A stretch of 64,000 nt of DNA from Malacoraja senta (GCA_038087875.1 CM075989.1:7008001-7072000); one strand, 5' to 3'; numbered from the stretch's first letter, positions 11,905 through 24,254 are shown. Made by a program: numbers and translations. Notes: a model not told the origin generated them from the sequence alone.

Positions 11905-13075
11905 GAGTTGAGTTGTGTTTGAGTTGAGTTTAGTTTATTATCACGTGTACAGAGGTACAGTGAAAAGCTTTTGTTACGTGCTAACTAGTCAGTGGAAAAA
12001 CAATACATGATTAGAATTGGACCATCCACAGTGTACAGTTATATAATAAAGGGGAAAACATGAATAACGTTTGGTGCAAGATAAAGTCCAGTACAGTGCG
12101 ACCAAAGATAGTCTGAGGGTCTCCAATGAGGGAGATAGTAGGTCAGGACTGCTCTCCAGTTGTTGGTAGGATGGTTCAGTTAAGGGCCTGTCCCACTTGG
12201 GCGACCCAATCCGAGAGTCTTTATTTTAGAGATACAATAGAAACATGAGGCCCTTCGGCCCATCGAGTCCACGCTAACTATCAATCATCAGTTCACACTA
12301 GTTCTGTTATCCCATCTGGCGAGTTTGCCCTCGACTCATACTCGCAGCATGGTCGACACAAGGTCGTAGAGGGTCTTCGTAACTCTCCTTCATGCTCGAG
12401 AGTGGTCGCCCCGTACTCGAGGCCTCAGCTAGGTCGCGGCGTTTTTTTCAATATGTTAAAAAATGCCCGCGAGTAAAAAAAGTCGCCATGGAAAAAATCG
12501 ATACTTTTTTTTACTCGTAGTTTAGTCGTAGTAGGTCGTAGTAGGTCGGCATGTTAGTCATAGGTAATCGAGGGTAGCCAAAGGTAGTCGTAGATAGTCT
12601 TCTTCATAGTCGAAGGGAGGTCGAAGGAGATCGAAGGAGGTCGTCTTCACTCTCCACTATTCGGTGTCCAATTTTCCCGAAGTTAGTCGTAGCTAGTCGA
12701 AGCTGGTCTTCAACATAGTCGAAGGAGGTCGAAGGAGATCTTCAACATGACGTTTTTTCAAACTCCTCTAAACTCGCCAATTAGGTTGCACAAGTGGCAC
12801 AGCCCCTTAACCTGATAACAGCTGGGAAGAAACGTACCCTGAACCTGCAGTGTCCGTTTCCACACTTCTATATCTCTTGCCTGATGGGAGAGGGGAGAAG
12901 AGGGAATGTGCGACACATCACTGATTACACTGCTGGCCTTGCCAAGGCAGCGTGAGTTGTAAATGGGGTCAATGGGAGGGAGGTTGATTTGTACGACGGG
13001 GCCACGTCCATAATTCTCTGCAATTTCTTGCGCTCAAGGACGGAGGTGTTCCCAAACCAAGCTGTGATGCATGGA
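11905..13075 (-). mobile_element. Rex1/Babar-like LINE 3' fragment interrupted by a MITE
   Basis: CITAWFGN..ERKKLQRIMD motif; family 3' UTR; sequence continuous across the MITE at 12183-12807. Confidence 0.75.
12183..12807. mobile_element. PIF/Harbinger-type MITE, family A, with 96-bp internal insertion
   Basis: TIRs AGGGCCTGTCCCAC / GTGGCACAGCCCCT, TTA/TAA flanks; body colinear with 49657-50188 and 54163-54682. Confidence 0.9.
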
Positions 13076-13744
13076 CTGGTGGGGGTGAGGAGTGGGGGCG
13101 GGGGGCATGGAGTGGGAGGAGAGGGGAGAGAGGAGGGAGGGGCAGCAGAAAGACAGAATGGGAAAGGGTTCAAAAAACAGTGCCCGGGATTGTCCCCTGA
13201 AGATGAAAAATTAAAAACACAAACAAATTGAGGAAGGGCAGGGGATGAGATGAGGCATGGGGACATTTATACCCAACAGGCTTCACGCCTCCTTGCCCTG
13301 TCCTCTTGTCCCTGCAGACTCCACAACCTCAGCACTGGAGAATGGCAGCAGGCCGACTTCCTCCAGTCTCATGGTTGATTTAAATTGATAAACTCTCTTC
13401 CAATCCAATCAGACATTATCCCAGAAAATTTATATTCCGTAGTGCTGACGCACAAAATGTAATTAGTTTCAAGACAAGAGCGCGCAGGCAGATATGAAGC
13501 ATTGCAGATAAATTCTGATTAACATCTTGGTCTACTCCTTCACTGATAGCTCTTCACTCTCTAAAAATGTAATCAGAACTCGCATTCCTCACAAGAGCTT
13601 ATTATAGTGTCCAATTAATCGTAAGTGCAATTTATATTTCTTCATAGTTTCCTCACCTTGCAGTCCCTGGCTTCTCATGCACTCCCTCGCCACACAATTA
13701 AAGGTGTCCGTTTCACAGGAGGCCCAAGCTGTGCACTGGTCCTT

Positions 13745-13909
13745 GAATAGGCACAAAATGCTGGAGTAACTCAGCGGGACAGGCAGCATCCCCGGAGAGG
13801 AGGAATCCTATTCCGTCTCTCCAGAGATGCTGCCTGTCCCGCTGAGTTACTCCAGCATTTTGGGTCTATCTTTGGTTTAAACCAGCATCTGCATTTCCTT
13901 CCAACACAT
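13745..13909. mobile_element. Fold-back PLE mini-element with 10-bp TSD
   Basis: ACTGGTCCTT at 13735-13744 and 13910-13919; about 55-bp inverted arms. Confidence 0.85.
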
Positions 13910-13943
13910 ACTGGTCCTTTATTCTCACTTAACCATTCTTCAT

Positions 13944-14068
13944 CGGTCTGAAGAAGGGTCTCGACCCGAAACGTCACCTATTCCTTCGCTCCATTGATGC
14001 TGCCTCACCCGCTGAGTTTCTCCAGCATTTTTGTCTACCTTCGATTTTTCCAGCATCTGCAGTTCTTT
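13944..14068 (+). mobile_element. PLE mini-element with 16-bp TSD
   Basis: CTTAACCATTCTTCAT at 13928-13943 and 14069-14084. Confidence 0.9.
13945..13978 (+). ncRNA. Minimal type I hammerhead ribozyme motif
   Basis: GGT-CTGAAGA-A-GGGTC-TC-GACCC-GAAA-CG-TC-ACC: CUGANGA and GAAA core, stem II, GUC site, 3-bp stem I. Confidence 0.65.
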
Positions 14069-14534
14069 CTTAACCATTCTTCATGCCCAGATTTGGTTAC
14101 CAAAAAAAGTGCGGGTTACGCAACTGCGAAATTTGTGGTAGTGGGGGACTACCCCAACTTTCCCAACTTTCAATTTAAAAGTAGAATTGAAAATTATGAA
14201 TATATTAATTAAGATAGAAAAACAAAATTGATTATTTTTCTCCTTCAACCTGAAGATGCAAGAGTTTGCAGATGCTGAACAAACTGTTGGAGGAAATCAA
14301 TGGGTTGGGTTGGTATTCAGACTGATGGCAACCCAGACTTGCCCAGGTTTGTGCCAATACTCAGCCTAATAGGGGGGGACACCTCAAACAGGGGACGGAT
14401 ATCACAGTAGGGTGCCGAACACTACAGAGTATGACACTATTGAATGCATAGAGTCAAGAGTAAGTGTTCAATTGTCATATGTACAAAAAGGGAACAATGA
14501 TTTTCTTAGACACTGAAAATGTCTGAAGTGTTAT

Positions 14535-14825
14535 GGAGCCATAGAGTCATACAGCATGGATACAGGCCCATCATTCCTTGCCCTTGCCAACCAAGATGAC
14601 CCAACTACACTAGTCCCACCTGCCTGCCTTTGGTCCATATCCCCCTAAATCTTTCCTCTCCCTATACTTATCTAAATGTCATTTAGATGTTGTTATAGTA
14701 CGTGTTTCAACTACTTGTTCCATATATCCACCACCCTGTGCATGAAAACATTGCCCCTCAGGTTTCGGTTTAATTTTTCCCCTCTCACCTTAATCCTATG
14801 TCTTCTGGTTCTTGATTCCCCTATT
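14535..14825 (-). mobile_element. CR1-like LINE 3' end
   Basis: GESRTRRHRIKVRG..RGNVFMHRVVDIWN on the minus strand. Confidence 0.8.
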
Positions 14826-14847
14826 AATTTTCGCACGTTTTTAGTGT

Positions 14848-15140
14848 TGGTGGCGCAGCGTTGGAGTTGCTGCTTTACAGCGCCAGAGAATCGGGTTCGA
14901 TCCTGACTATGGCGGCTGCAGTCTGTATGGAGTTTGTACCCTGTGACTATGTGAGTTTTCTCCCAGTGCTCTGGTTTCCTCCCACACTCCAAAGACACAC
15001 AGTTCTGTATGTTAATTGGCTTCTGTAAATGATAAATTGTACTTATTGTGCAGCCTAGGGCTAGTGTATGGGTGATTGCTGGTTGGCGTGGACTCAGTTG
15101 GTGGAAGGGCCTGTTTCCGTGCTGTATCTCTCTAAAGTCT
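14848..15140 (+). mobile_element. HE1-like SINE
   Basis: A-box TGGCGCAGCG, B-box GGTTCGATCC, V-domain, tail. Confidence 0.85.
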
Positions 15141-15224
15141 AATGTTTGGAGTTACATATGGGCCAGTTCAGATATAGATGGATTAATGAACGGGATGGGG
15201 TTTTATGGCAACCTGTTCATTTTA

Positions 15225-15542
15225 GTTTCGAGATACATCATGGAAACAAACTCCTTCAGCTCACTGAAGCAATGCCAATCAGAGATCACCAGTTCACATT
15301 ATTCCATGTTATCCCATTATCTAGTGCACTCCCCACACATAGAGGCAATTTACAGAGGCCAATTCACCTCTGTACAAACCTGCACATCTTTGAGAAGTGG
15401 GAGGAAACCGAAGCACCCAGAGAGAACCCACGCAGTCACAGGGAGAACATATAAACTCCACATAGACAGCACCCAAGGGCAGGATTGAACCCGGGTATCT
15501 GGCACTGTGAGGCAGCAACTCCACCAACTGTGCCACTGTGCC
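15225..15542 (-). mobile_element. HE1-like SINE
   Basis: Reverse-complement head, V-domain and tail. Confidence 0.85.
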
Positions 15543-16284
15543 CTCCCTTCACTTTTATGTTACATCTTTATTTAATATTACTTTTAACATGACTGATGTC
15601 ACCTTCTTATTTCCAGATTTATTTCAATGATTCAATGACACGTTATGTTTACATGTACCTAGGTACAGTCAAATTCAATGTTATTTTGTGTACAATACAC
15701 AAAGTATGCAATGGTATCTGGCCATGTACCTGGTGCCTATGTAGTTCCAAAAGTAATCATTAGAGTCGCGTTGGTCCCACTTTGTTCTTGGTGCCCCCCA
15801 CCCCCTGGTCCCTCTTTCAACTAACTGGCTTCGACTTCCCTGGGATCGTAGAGTACGGAGAGTTGAATGAGCATCTGGACTGGAATACAACTTAAATACA
15901 TCAGGCTCTGCATAATCAATGGATGATTATTTCCTTGCTAGTCTTTCCACCAAAATGACCCAGGGGCTAAATATAGTGAAAAGATCAATCAGAATATCAT
16001 ATTATTCTGTGAAAATATAAATGCTGAGCTGGAAATGGATTTTTGTGTCCATCAGCATCTTTCACTAGGCCCAGTTCTTATTCAGACAACCTTAGCTGCA
16101 TTGAACATCATCTAAATGATGTGTCATTCTGAAGAAGGGTCTCGACTCAAAACGTTGCCTATTCATTCTCCCCACAGAAGTTGCCTGACCCGCTGAGTTA
16201 TTCCGGCACTTTGTGTACTCCCATCCAAGATGTGATTCCATGTGCCACACTAGACAAGGCCGCCTAGCGTGAAATGGAACCGCA

Positions 16285-16500
16285 GGGTGGTGAATCTGTG
16301 GAATTCATTGCCAAGTCAATGAATAAATTTAAGGCAGAGATAAATAGATTCTTGATTAGTACGGGTGTCAGGGGTTATGGGAAGAAGGCAGGGGATTGTG
16401 GTTATGAGGGAGAGATAGATCTGCCATGATTGAATGGCGGAGTAGACTTGATGGGCCAAATGGCCTAATTCTGCTCCTATCACTTATGAATGTATGAACT
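16285..16500 (+). mobile_element. CR1-like LINE 3' end
   Basis: GGGTGGTGAATCTGTGGAATTC...GGCCTAATTCTGCTCCTATCACTTATGA. Confidence 0.85.
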
Positions 16501-16796
16501 TATGAATAAAAGTCAATATCTTGCAATATTCTGGGGGTACGTGAAATAAATGGGAATATACTCTGCATCCACTATGTGTGGGACCACTGAGAACTTAGTC
16601 CTAGTGTGTAGCCAGGGGCTCTGATTTTTATGCAGGCCACAAGATGGCCGCTGTTGGTTTAGGACCCACTCTGAAGACTTGTGCCGCAAACCTGGGAGTC
16701 TGTTTGTGGCACTGTTTGAAGACTTAACATGGGAAAATCCAGCATTAAATGCTTAACCATCGTAATGCAAAGCAGATTATTTTGATGGCTTACTTC

Positions 16797-17090
16797 AATT
16801 TAGAGATACAGCACGTAAACAGGACCTTTGGCCCCCCGAGTCCGCGCCGACCATCATTCCCCGCACACTAACACTACCCTACACACAGTCGGGATAATTT
16901 TACAATTTTACAAAGCCAATTAACCTACAAGAGGCTAATTGAGAGAGTGGAGAGAAACTGAAATGCTGGGGAAAACCCACGCAGGTCACAGGGAGAACGT
17001 ACAACCTCCATACAGACAGCACCCGTGGTTCGGATTAAACCTGGGTCTCTGGCGTTGTAAGGAAACAACTCTACCACTGCGCCAATGTGC
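16797..17090 (-). mobile_element. HE1-like SINE
   Basis: Reverse-complement SINE tail, V-domain and head. Confidence 0.8.
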
Positions 17091-17406
17091 CATTTATCTT
17101 GTTAGTTCCTTGAGGGATTTTGCTGTGTAGAAAGTGTCTCCCATGGTGGTCTATTGAACAGCAGCAGGAATCAATAGGTAAGATGAGAGGATGCTTGTGA
17201 GGCTTGGAAGTCATCCATTTTCATGAACAATGCTGCCCGTGTCTGTCATGATGCCAAGGGTAAAGGTGGAGAAGGCAGTTCCTCTCTCTCATGGGCATTC
17301 TCTGTGCAAGGAGCTCCACATTGGTTCAGAGACCAACACGAGATGTAAAAGATGCATCCACTAGCAGTGGGTCACCAGCAAGACAGGAACACAAGAACAA
17401 TGTCAG

Positions 17407-18245
17407 AACCTCAGAATTAAAGGACATTCTTTTATGAAGGAGATGAGGAGGAATTGTGTACAGTTTTGGTCTCCTAATTTGAGAAAGGACATCCTTGTGA
17501 TTGAGGCAGTGCAGTGTAGGTTCACGAGATTGATCCCTGGGATGGCAGGACTGTCATATGAGGAAAGATTGAAAAGACTAGGCTAGTTAAGAAGGATGAG
17601 GGGGAATCTTATAGAAACATATCAAATTATAAAAGGACTGGACAAGCTAGATGCAGAAAAAATGTTCCCAATGTTGGGTGAGTCCAGAACCAGGGGCCAC
17701 AGTCTTAGAATAAAGGGGAGGCCATTTAAGACTGAGGTGAGAAAAAACTTTTTCATCCATAGAGTTGTGAATTTGTGGAATTCCCTGCCACAGAGGGCAG
17801 TGGAGGCCAAATCACTGGATGGATTTAAGAGAGAGTTAGATAGAGCTCTAGGGGCTAGTGGAATCTAGGGATATGGGGAGAAGCCAGGCACGGGTTATTG
17901 ATTGGGGACGATCAGCCATGATCACAATGAATGGCGCTGCTGGCTCGAAGGGCCGAATGGACTCCTCCTGCACCTATTTTCTATGTTTCTATGTTTCTAT
18001 GAATTTCTTTAGTCAGAGGGCGGTGAATCACCCATACACTAGCCCTAGGCTGCACAATAAGTACAATGGATATATTTAAGGCAGAGATAAATAGATTCTT
18101 GATTAGTATGGGAGTCAGATGTTATGGGGAGAAGGCAGGAGAATGGGATTAGGAGGAAGGGATAGATCAGCCATGATTGAATGGCGGAGTAGACTTGATG
18201 GGCTGAATGACCTAATTCTGCTCCTATCACTTATGAACATGAACC
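17407..18245 (+). mobile_element. CR1 3' end with a second CR1 subfamily (~17456-18000) nested inside
   Basis: Inner copy encodes MRGNLIETYQIIKGLD..RVVNLWNSLP and ends (TTCTATGT)n; GAATT is duplicated at the junctions; outer copy resumes TTCTTTAGTCAGAGGG. Confidence 0.85.
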
Positions 18246-18819
18246 TATGAAAGTCTTCAGCTGCAGATAGACGCTGGAGTAACTCAACGAGACAGGCAGC
18301 ATCTCTGTAACTCAGTGGGACAGGCAGCACCTCTGGAGAGAAGGAATGGGTGATGTTTCGGGTCGAGACGCTTCTTCAGCTGCCCTCAACTTCCTAAAGA
18401 TTAAACACAAAGTGTTGGAGTAACTCTGCGGGTCGGGTTGCATCTGTTGAAGGAATGGATAGATGTCTTTTTGGGTCAGGACCCTTCTTCAGAAACTTTC
18501 CCTATCTGTTCTTTCAGAATTTGTTTCGAACCTGAACAAATATTGCAGCCTGTCCATTCCCTCTACAGATGCTGCCTGACCTACTGACTTCCTCCAGCAT
18601 GTTGTGTTTTGCTGAAGATTCCAGCATCTGCAGTTCTTTGTAACTTCCTAAAGATCACCCTCTTTGACACATTTCCTGTCAGCGTGGCTACCAGATGATA
18701 CGAAGAAAACCACAGACAGGTTATCTGTTGCTTGTTTTGAATATGCTGCCGTATCTCTGAGAAGGAGATGGAGATCGAGTACTGTAAACGATTTTCATGT
18801 GAGCCTTTCCTTTAATGAT

Positions 18820-19310
18820 AGTCATAATCATACAGCATGGAAACAGGCCCTTTGGCCCAACTTGCCCATTCCGACCAAGATGCCCATTTATGAAAGTCCT
18901 ACCTGCCTGAATTTGGCCCATAATCCCTCTAAACCTTTCCTATCCACATACCTGCCCAAATGTATCTTAAATGTTGTTATTGATTTGTACCTGCCTCAAC
19001 TACCTCCTCTGGTAGCTTGTTCCATACACTAACTGTGTGAAAAGGTTGTCCTTCAGATTCCTATTAAATCTTTCCCCTCTCACCTTAAACCAATGTCCCC
19101 TGGTTCTTGATTCCCCTACTCTGAGTAAAAGACTGGGCATTAACTCCATCTATTCGTCTCATGATCTTATACACCTCCATAAGATCACCTCTCATCCTTG
19201 TATGCTCCAAGGAATAAGGTCCTAGCCTGCCCAACCTATCCCTCTTGCTCGGGCCCTCAAATCCTGGCATCATCCTTGTAAATCTTCTCTGCACTCTTTC
19301 CATCTTTCTA
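18820..19310 (-). mobile_element. CR1-like LINE 3' end
   Basis: [26 protein letters not shown] on the minus strand. Confidence 0.85.
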
Positions 19311-21469
19311 AACCTGATCTCCAGGGAAAGCAACCTATATTAAGCCCAAAGGATGTGAACTAAAATGGGCCTAACAATAGAATGGAAAATGACAAATGAT
19401 TAATTACACTTCAGGACAAATCTATTTTCAAAGCTGTGTATCTCATTTTCTATATTTAGATTATTTTTCCAGTTAACAGTGCCACTAAATCTATTTTCCA
19501 TGTTAAATTTTTCCCATTACATATTAATCTACTTAACCATCAACCACAGCATTTTCACCTGCACCTGCTGGGTTTAAAAGAGAAGCTGTCTTTTCATAGA
19601 CGAGACGGAAGATGAGCCAGTTATATTTTCGTAGGTTGATAAGTTACAGGAGCAGAATTCGGCCATTCGGCCCATCAAATCTACTCCGCCATTCAATCAT
19701 GGCTGACCTATCCTCCCGTCTTAAGCCCATTCTCCTGCCTTCTCCCCATCACCCCTGACGCATTTGTATTATTGAGATAACATCACATAAATGTAACCCA
19801 ATGATGTTTTTTGCTTCCCACCGATCAATTTTGCAGTCGTTTACACCAAGTCGTTCAGCAGAATATTCCAGCAGACAAAATCAGATAATGGAATTCAATC
19901 TGTCTTCTCTCTTTTGCTGTTCTTTGCCAGAATTGTTTACATTTATTTGCCAGTCAGGAAGTAGTTGATATTTGTGTAAACCTTTTATTCTACTCAAAAA
20001 TAGCAAAATAATGGTTGCCAAACATTTTTCTCACACAACGACACTGCTCATTTGATAAAGTGGGCTCAAACATTAGATGGAAGACCTGTGTCTCGTGGGA
20101 GGCAGATGGTGAAAGCAGTGACACAGCAATCTAAACACCAAACATTTGGTACATCCTGTCTCCATCATCTAGGTGCTGCTCACTGTATCTATCCATGATG
20201 GGTAGCAAGCCTGTCCCCACTGCAGCATTCGGAATGTGTAGGAAGGAACTGCAGATGCTGGTTTAAACCGAAGATAGACACAAAAAGCTGGAGTAACTCA
20301 GCGGGAAAGGCAACATCTCTGGAGAAAAGGACAAAATGTGAAGGAAGATTCCTGATTAGTACAGGTGTCAGAGATTATGGGGAGAAAGCAGGAGAATGGG
20401 GTTAGGAGGGAGAAATAGATCAGCCGTGATTGAATGGCGGAGTAGACTTGATGGGTTGAATGGCGTAATTCTACTCCTACTATTTATGACCTTATGACCA
20501 TATGAAGGAACTGCAGATGCAGGTTTAAACCGGAGATAGACACGAAATGCTGGAGTAACGACGTCTGAAGAAGGATTCTCGACCCGAAACGTCACATATT
20601 CCTTTTCTCCAGAGATGCTGTCTGACCCGTGAGTAACTCCAGCGTTTTGTAGCAGTGTAGCGGTAGCTGTAGCAGTGCCATCTTTAGCACTGCTGCTCCA
20701 CAGAAACATGACCTGATCACGCCACACTGACTGTGGATCTAAGGCTGCCTTGCGGCAGGTACACAGACGCTCCAGGGCGTGTCTGATACTAACCTAACTC
20801 TGCCGTTAGCAAGCGTTGCAAAGGAGCATTCATTGATATAGACAGCCGCAGTCTGAGCAGTCTGTACACCAGCCTCGAAATGAACCCTACTTGCAGATGG
20901 TTGGACCTTCCAAATTAAAATGGTTTCTTAAACCTGCTCACTCATACGAAAATTAATGACATGTGTAAAATACGGGGCAAGTTTTAGGGGGATTGCAGTA
21001 TTTCTCAGAACAAGAAAGACCAAATGAAGGAGGATTATTTATTGAAGGCAGCCATTCTAAGCTGAGTCTGGTACAACAATAGGTAAAAAAACACATGTTG
21101 TACTCATATAGACTAGAATCATAGAAGACATGCAAACCAAATTAGGCCATTTGGCACATTTAGTCTGCTCCACCATTCCATCATGGCTGATCTATTTTTC
21201 CCTCTCAATGCCATCCTCCTGCCTTTGATGCCCTTACTTATCAAGTTCCTATCAATTCCTCATCTTCACTCTAAAGGTATGAACTTTATTCTGAGGCTGT
21301 GTCCTCTGGTCCGAGACTCTCCCACTACTGGAAACTCTTCCCCACTCTATCCAGACATTTCATTAGTTATGTAGAATGGAAAGAGGCCCTTTGGCACAAC
21401 TTGCCATGGCGACCAACATGCCCCAATTACTTCAGTCCCAACTGCCTGCGTTTGGCCCATTTCCCTCCA

Positions 21470-22115
21470 GGCCTTTAATATCTTTGACTTTTGTTTGTGG
21501 ACGGCATTCAACACCATTGAGCCAGAGCTACTACAATCCAAGCTCATCCAGTTGACGTGACCCGCTGACCCTCAGCATACAAGTATCGCGAGGCTGTGTA
21601 CTCTCCCCTCTCCTTTACTCTCTCTACAACAACGACTGCACCTCCACAGACTCCTCTGTCAAGCCTCTCAAGTTTGCGGACGACACAACCCCTGATTTGG
21701 ACTAATCCAGGATGGGGAGGAATCTGCCTACTGACTGGAAGTGACACAGCTGGCTTCCTGGTGCCGTAGCATCAACTTGGAGTTTCAATGCTCTTAAGAC
21801 AGTAGAATTGATTGTAGACTTTAGGAGAGCTCCCCCTCCCCCTCCCCCCACTCACCATCAACAACACCACAGTCACTTCTGTGGAGTCATTTGTTCCTTG
21901 GAACCATCATCTCCAGGGGCCTTAAATGGGTGGCCACCATCGACTCCACAGTCAAAAAGGCCCAACAGAGGATGTACTTCCTGCGGCAGCTGAGAAAACA
22001 CAATCGGCCACAGCAATGATGGTCCAGTTTTATACTGCCATCATAGTCTGTCCTCACCTTCTCCATCATGGTCTGGTTTGGCTCAGCCACCAAGCACGAA
22101 ATCTGGAGGCTGCAG
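21470..22115 (+). mobile_element. Rex1/Babar-like LINE reverse-transcriptase fragment (frameshifted)
   Basis: GCVLSPLLFT..NDCTSTDSSVK..KFADDTT..KTVELIVDFRR..KKAQQRMYFLRQLRK motifs. Confidence 0.8.
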
Positions 22116-22559
22116 CCAGCCCCAGATTCATATTTTTACCCTCTGTTTCCCTATGAAGGGAACTCCTAAAACTTCTTATACTTTAACCAGAACTTCTTGT
22201 CCCAACTATCGAACCTAATATATGCCACCTTTTTCTTGACCTGACCCTCTACATATATAAGCAACCCATGCTTCCTAAACGGGTGAACAGCCGTGCCCGG
22301 TCACCCTAACATTGAACAATGCCCCCGGAAACTCTTGCCATCACACTGTTTAAAATCGTCTCACTTAACAGGTGCCCCTTTATCTGCCCCAAACTTTTAA
22401 AATCGTCTCACTTAACAGGTGCCCCTTTATCTGCAAACAGTTGTACTCAATCAAATTCCCACCTAATGACTCCAACAATGGCTTAGCCCCAATTTAGGAC
22501 CTGAACTTGTGGACCAGTCCTACCTATGACCAAAACTGTTTTAAAAAAAACCTCAGAGA

Positions 22560-22995
22560 ACCAACCTCCCTTTCCATTGACTCCATCTACACCTCATGCT
22601 GCCTTGGCAAGGCCACCAGCATGATCATGGTCCCAATCTCATGACAGTCACTCCCTCTTCTCTTCTCTTCCATCAGGCAAGAGGTACAGAAGTTTGAAAA
22701 TGTATACCTCAGGATTTAGGGACAGTTTCTTCCTAGGTGTTATCATGCAACTGACGCGTCCACTCACTAGCTAGAGTGCAGTACCGATCAACCATCTACC
22801 TCATTGAACTGTCTTGTTTTAGCGGACTTTATTGGACTTTATCTTGCACTCATTATCTTGCAAATATACCCTGTATCTGTACACTGTGGACGGCTTGATT
22901 GTAATCAAGCACAGTCTTCTCGTTGACTGGAAAGCACACAAGAAAACAAATTGTCATTGTATCTTGGTACACATGACAATAATAAACAAAACTAA
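22560..22995 (+). mobile_element. Rex1/Babar-like LINE 3' end
   Basis: LPSIDSIYTSCCLGKA..SGKRYRSLK motif and family 3' UTR. Confidence 0.75.
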
Positions 22996-24254
22996 ACACG
23001 TCTGGTCACTGGTCCTAAAATGCTGCACCAAGGACTCTGCAAAACATTAAGGTTGGAAATTGGAGAAATTCACAAACCTGTACATGCCAACTCCTTTGCA
23101 GAGAGCTGGGATGAAGAACTTGACACAATTTATCACCTAACAGGTGGACTGGTTATTAAAACATTATCAAGAGGTTGGGTGCCTCTGATTGAATCTCTAC
23201 TTTACATTTAACTAGCAGTCAGCCAAGGTAACAGAGACTCAGGAAACCCAAGGGAGGTGAAGATAGCTGGATTAGATAGTAATGCTGGGATATTGTAGGA
23301 ACAAGGAGCTGCAGATGCTGATTTACACAAGGATACAAAGTGTTGGAGTTAGTGGGTCGGGCAGAATCTTTGGAGAACATGGATAGGTGACGTTTGGGGT
23401 TGGGACTTCCATGAAAATATAATGACCAAAGTCTATCAACTGTTGATCAACCTGCTTCCTATGAGTTTATTCATATTTCAGTATTAAAAAAGAGTTGTAA
23501 AACTGTGTAAAAATCATAAATGTCATGTTTTTTTTCAAATCCCTGACAAACTCATGAAAGTTATTCCTGTCAGTGAACTCGGAGTTAAAGTTAACTTTAT
23601 CTGTAGTGATTTTCTTTTTTTAATGTTTTTGTACCAAATATCAGATTGTGTCCGTTTGCATTGTATTTAATTTCCCATACTTCTGTCCTACATCCTGTGT
23701 TTTTTAATTGAAAAAAAAGACAAACACAATCTGATCTATTGTTAATAAACATCATGGCGTAGGTTTGTTTTTGTGAAGCAATGCTTAATATCCGATCAGA
23801 CACAGTCCCGATCAGAATGATAAGATTCAAAACAACTCGCTAAATCAAAGAGCAGACTGCTTCAAGAAGCAGAGTGAGACAGTCAATAAAACAGTCTACT
23901 GAAAATCTATAAGACAGAGAGTGCTGGAGTAACTCAGCGGGTCAGGCGGCATCTCTGGAGAACATGGAGGGATGATGTTTCGGCTTGGGACACTTCTTCC
24001 ACTTCTGCCCCGACCCAACCCAAAACGTCACCTATTCGTGTTCTCCTGACCTGCTGAGTTACTATGATGTTGACTACCATTAGGGTAAAGTGCTGGCGTG
24101 TATGGACATGCAAGGTGAAGGTGTTTCATAATTAAGGCACAGTTTAAGACCATTTGACCTCTGAGCACTTTATCTACATAATATTTTCATAATCATTGTT
24201 ACTGTCAACTCTCCCACAATTATTTATTACTTTGAAGTAAAATAAAGCACATAG

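Noticed and set aside
22349..22434. Duplicated ~39-bp sequence as a regulatory repeat
   Set aside because: Simple local tandem duplication inside what looks like decayed CR1 sequence.
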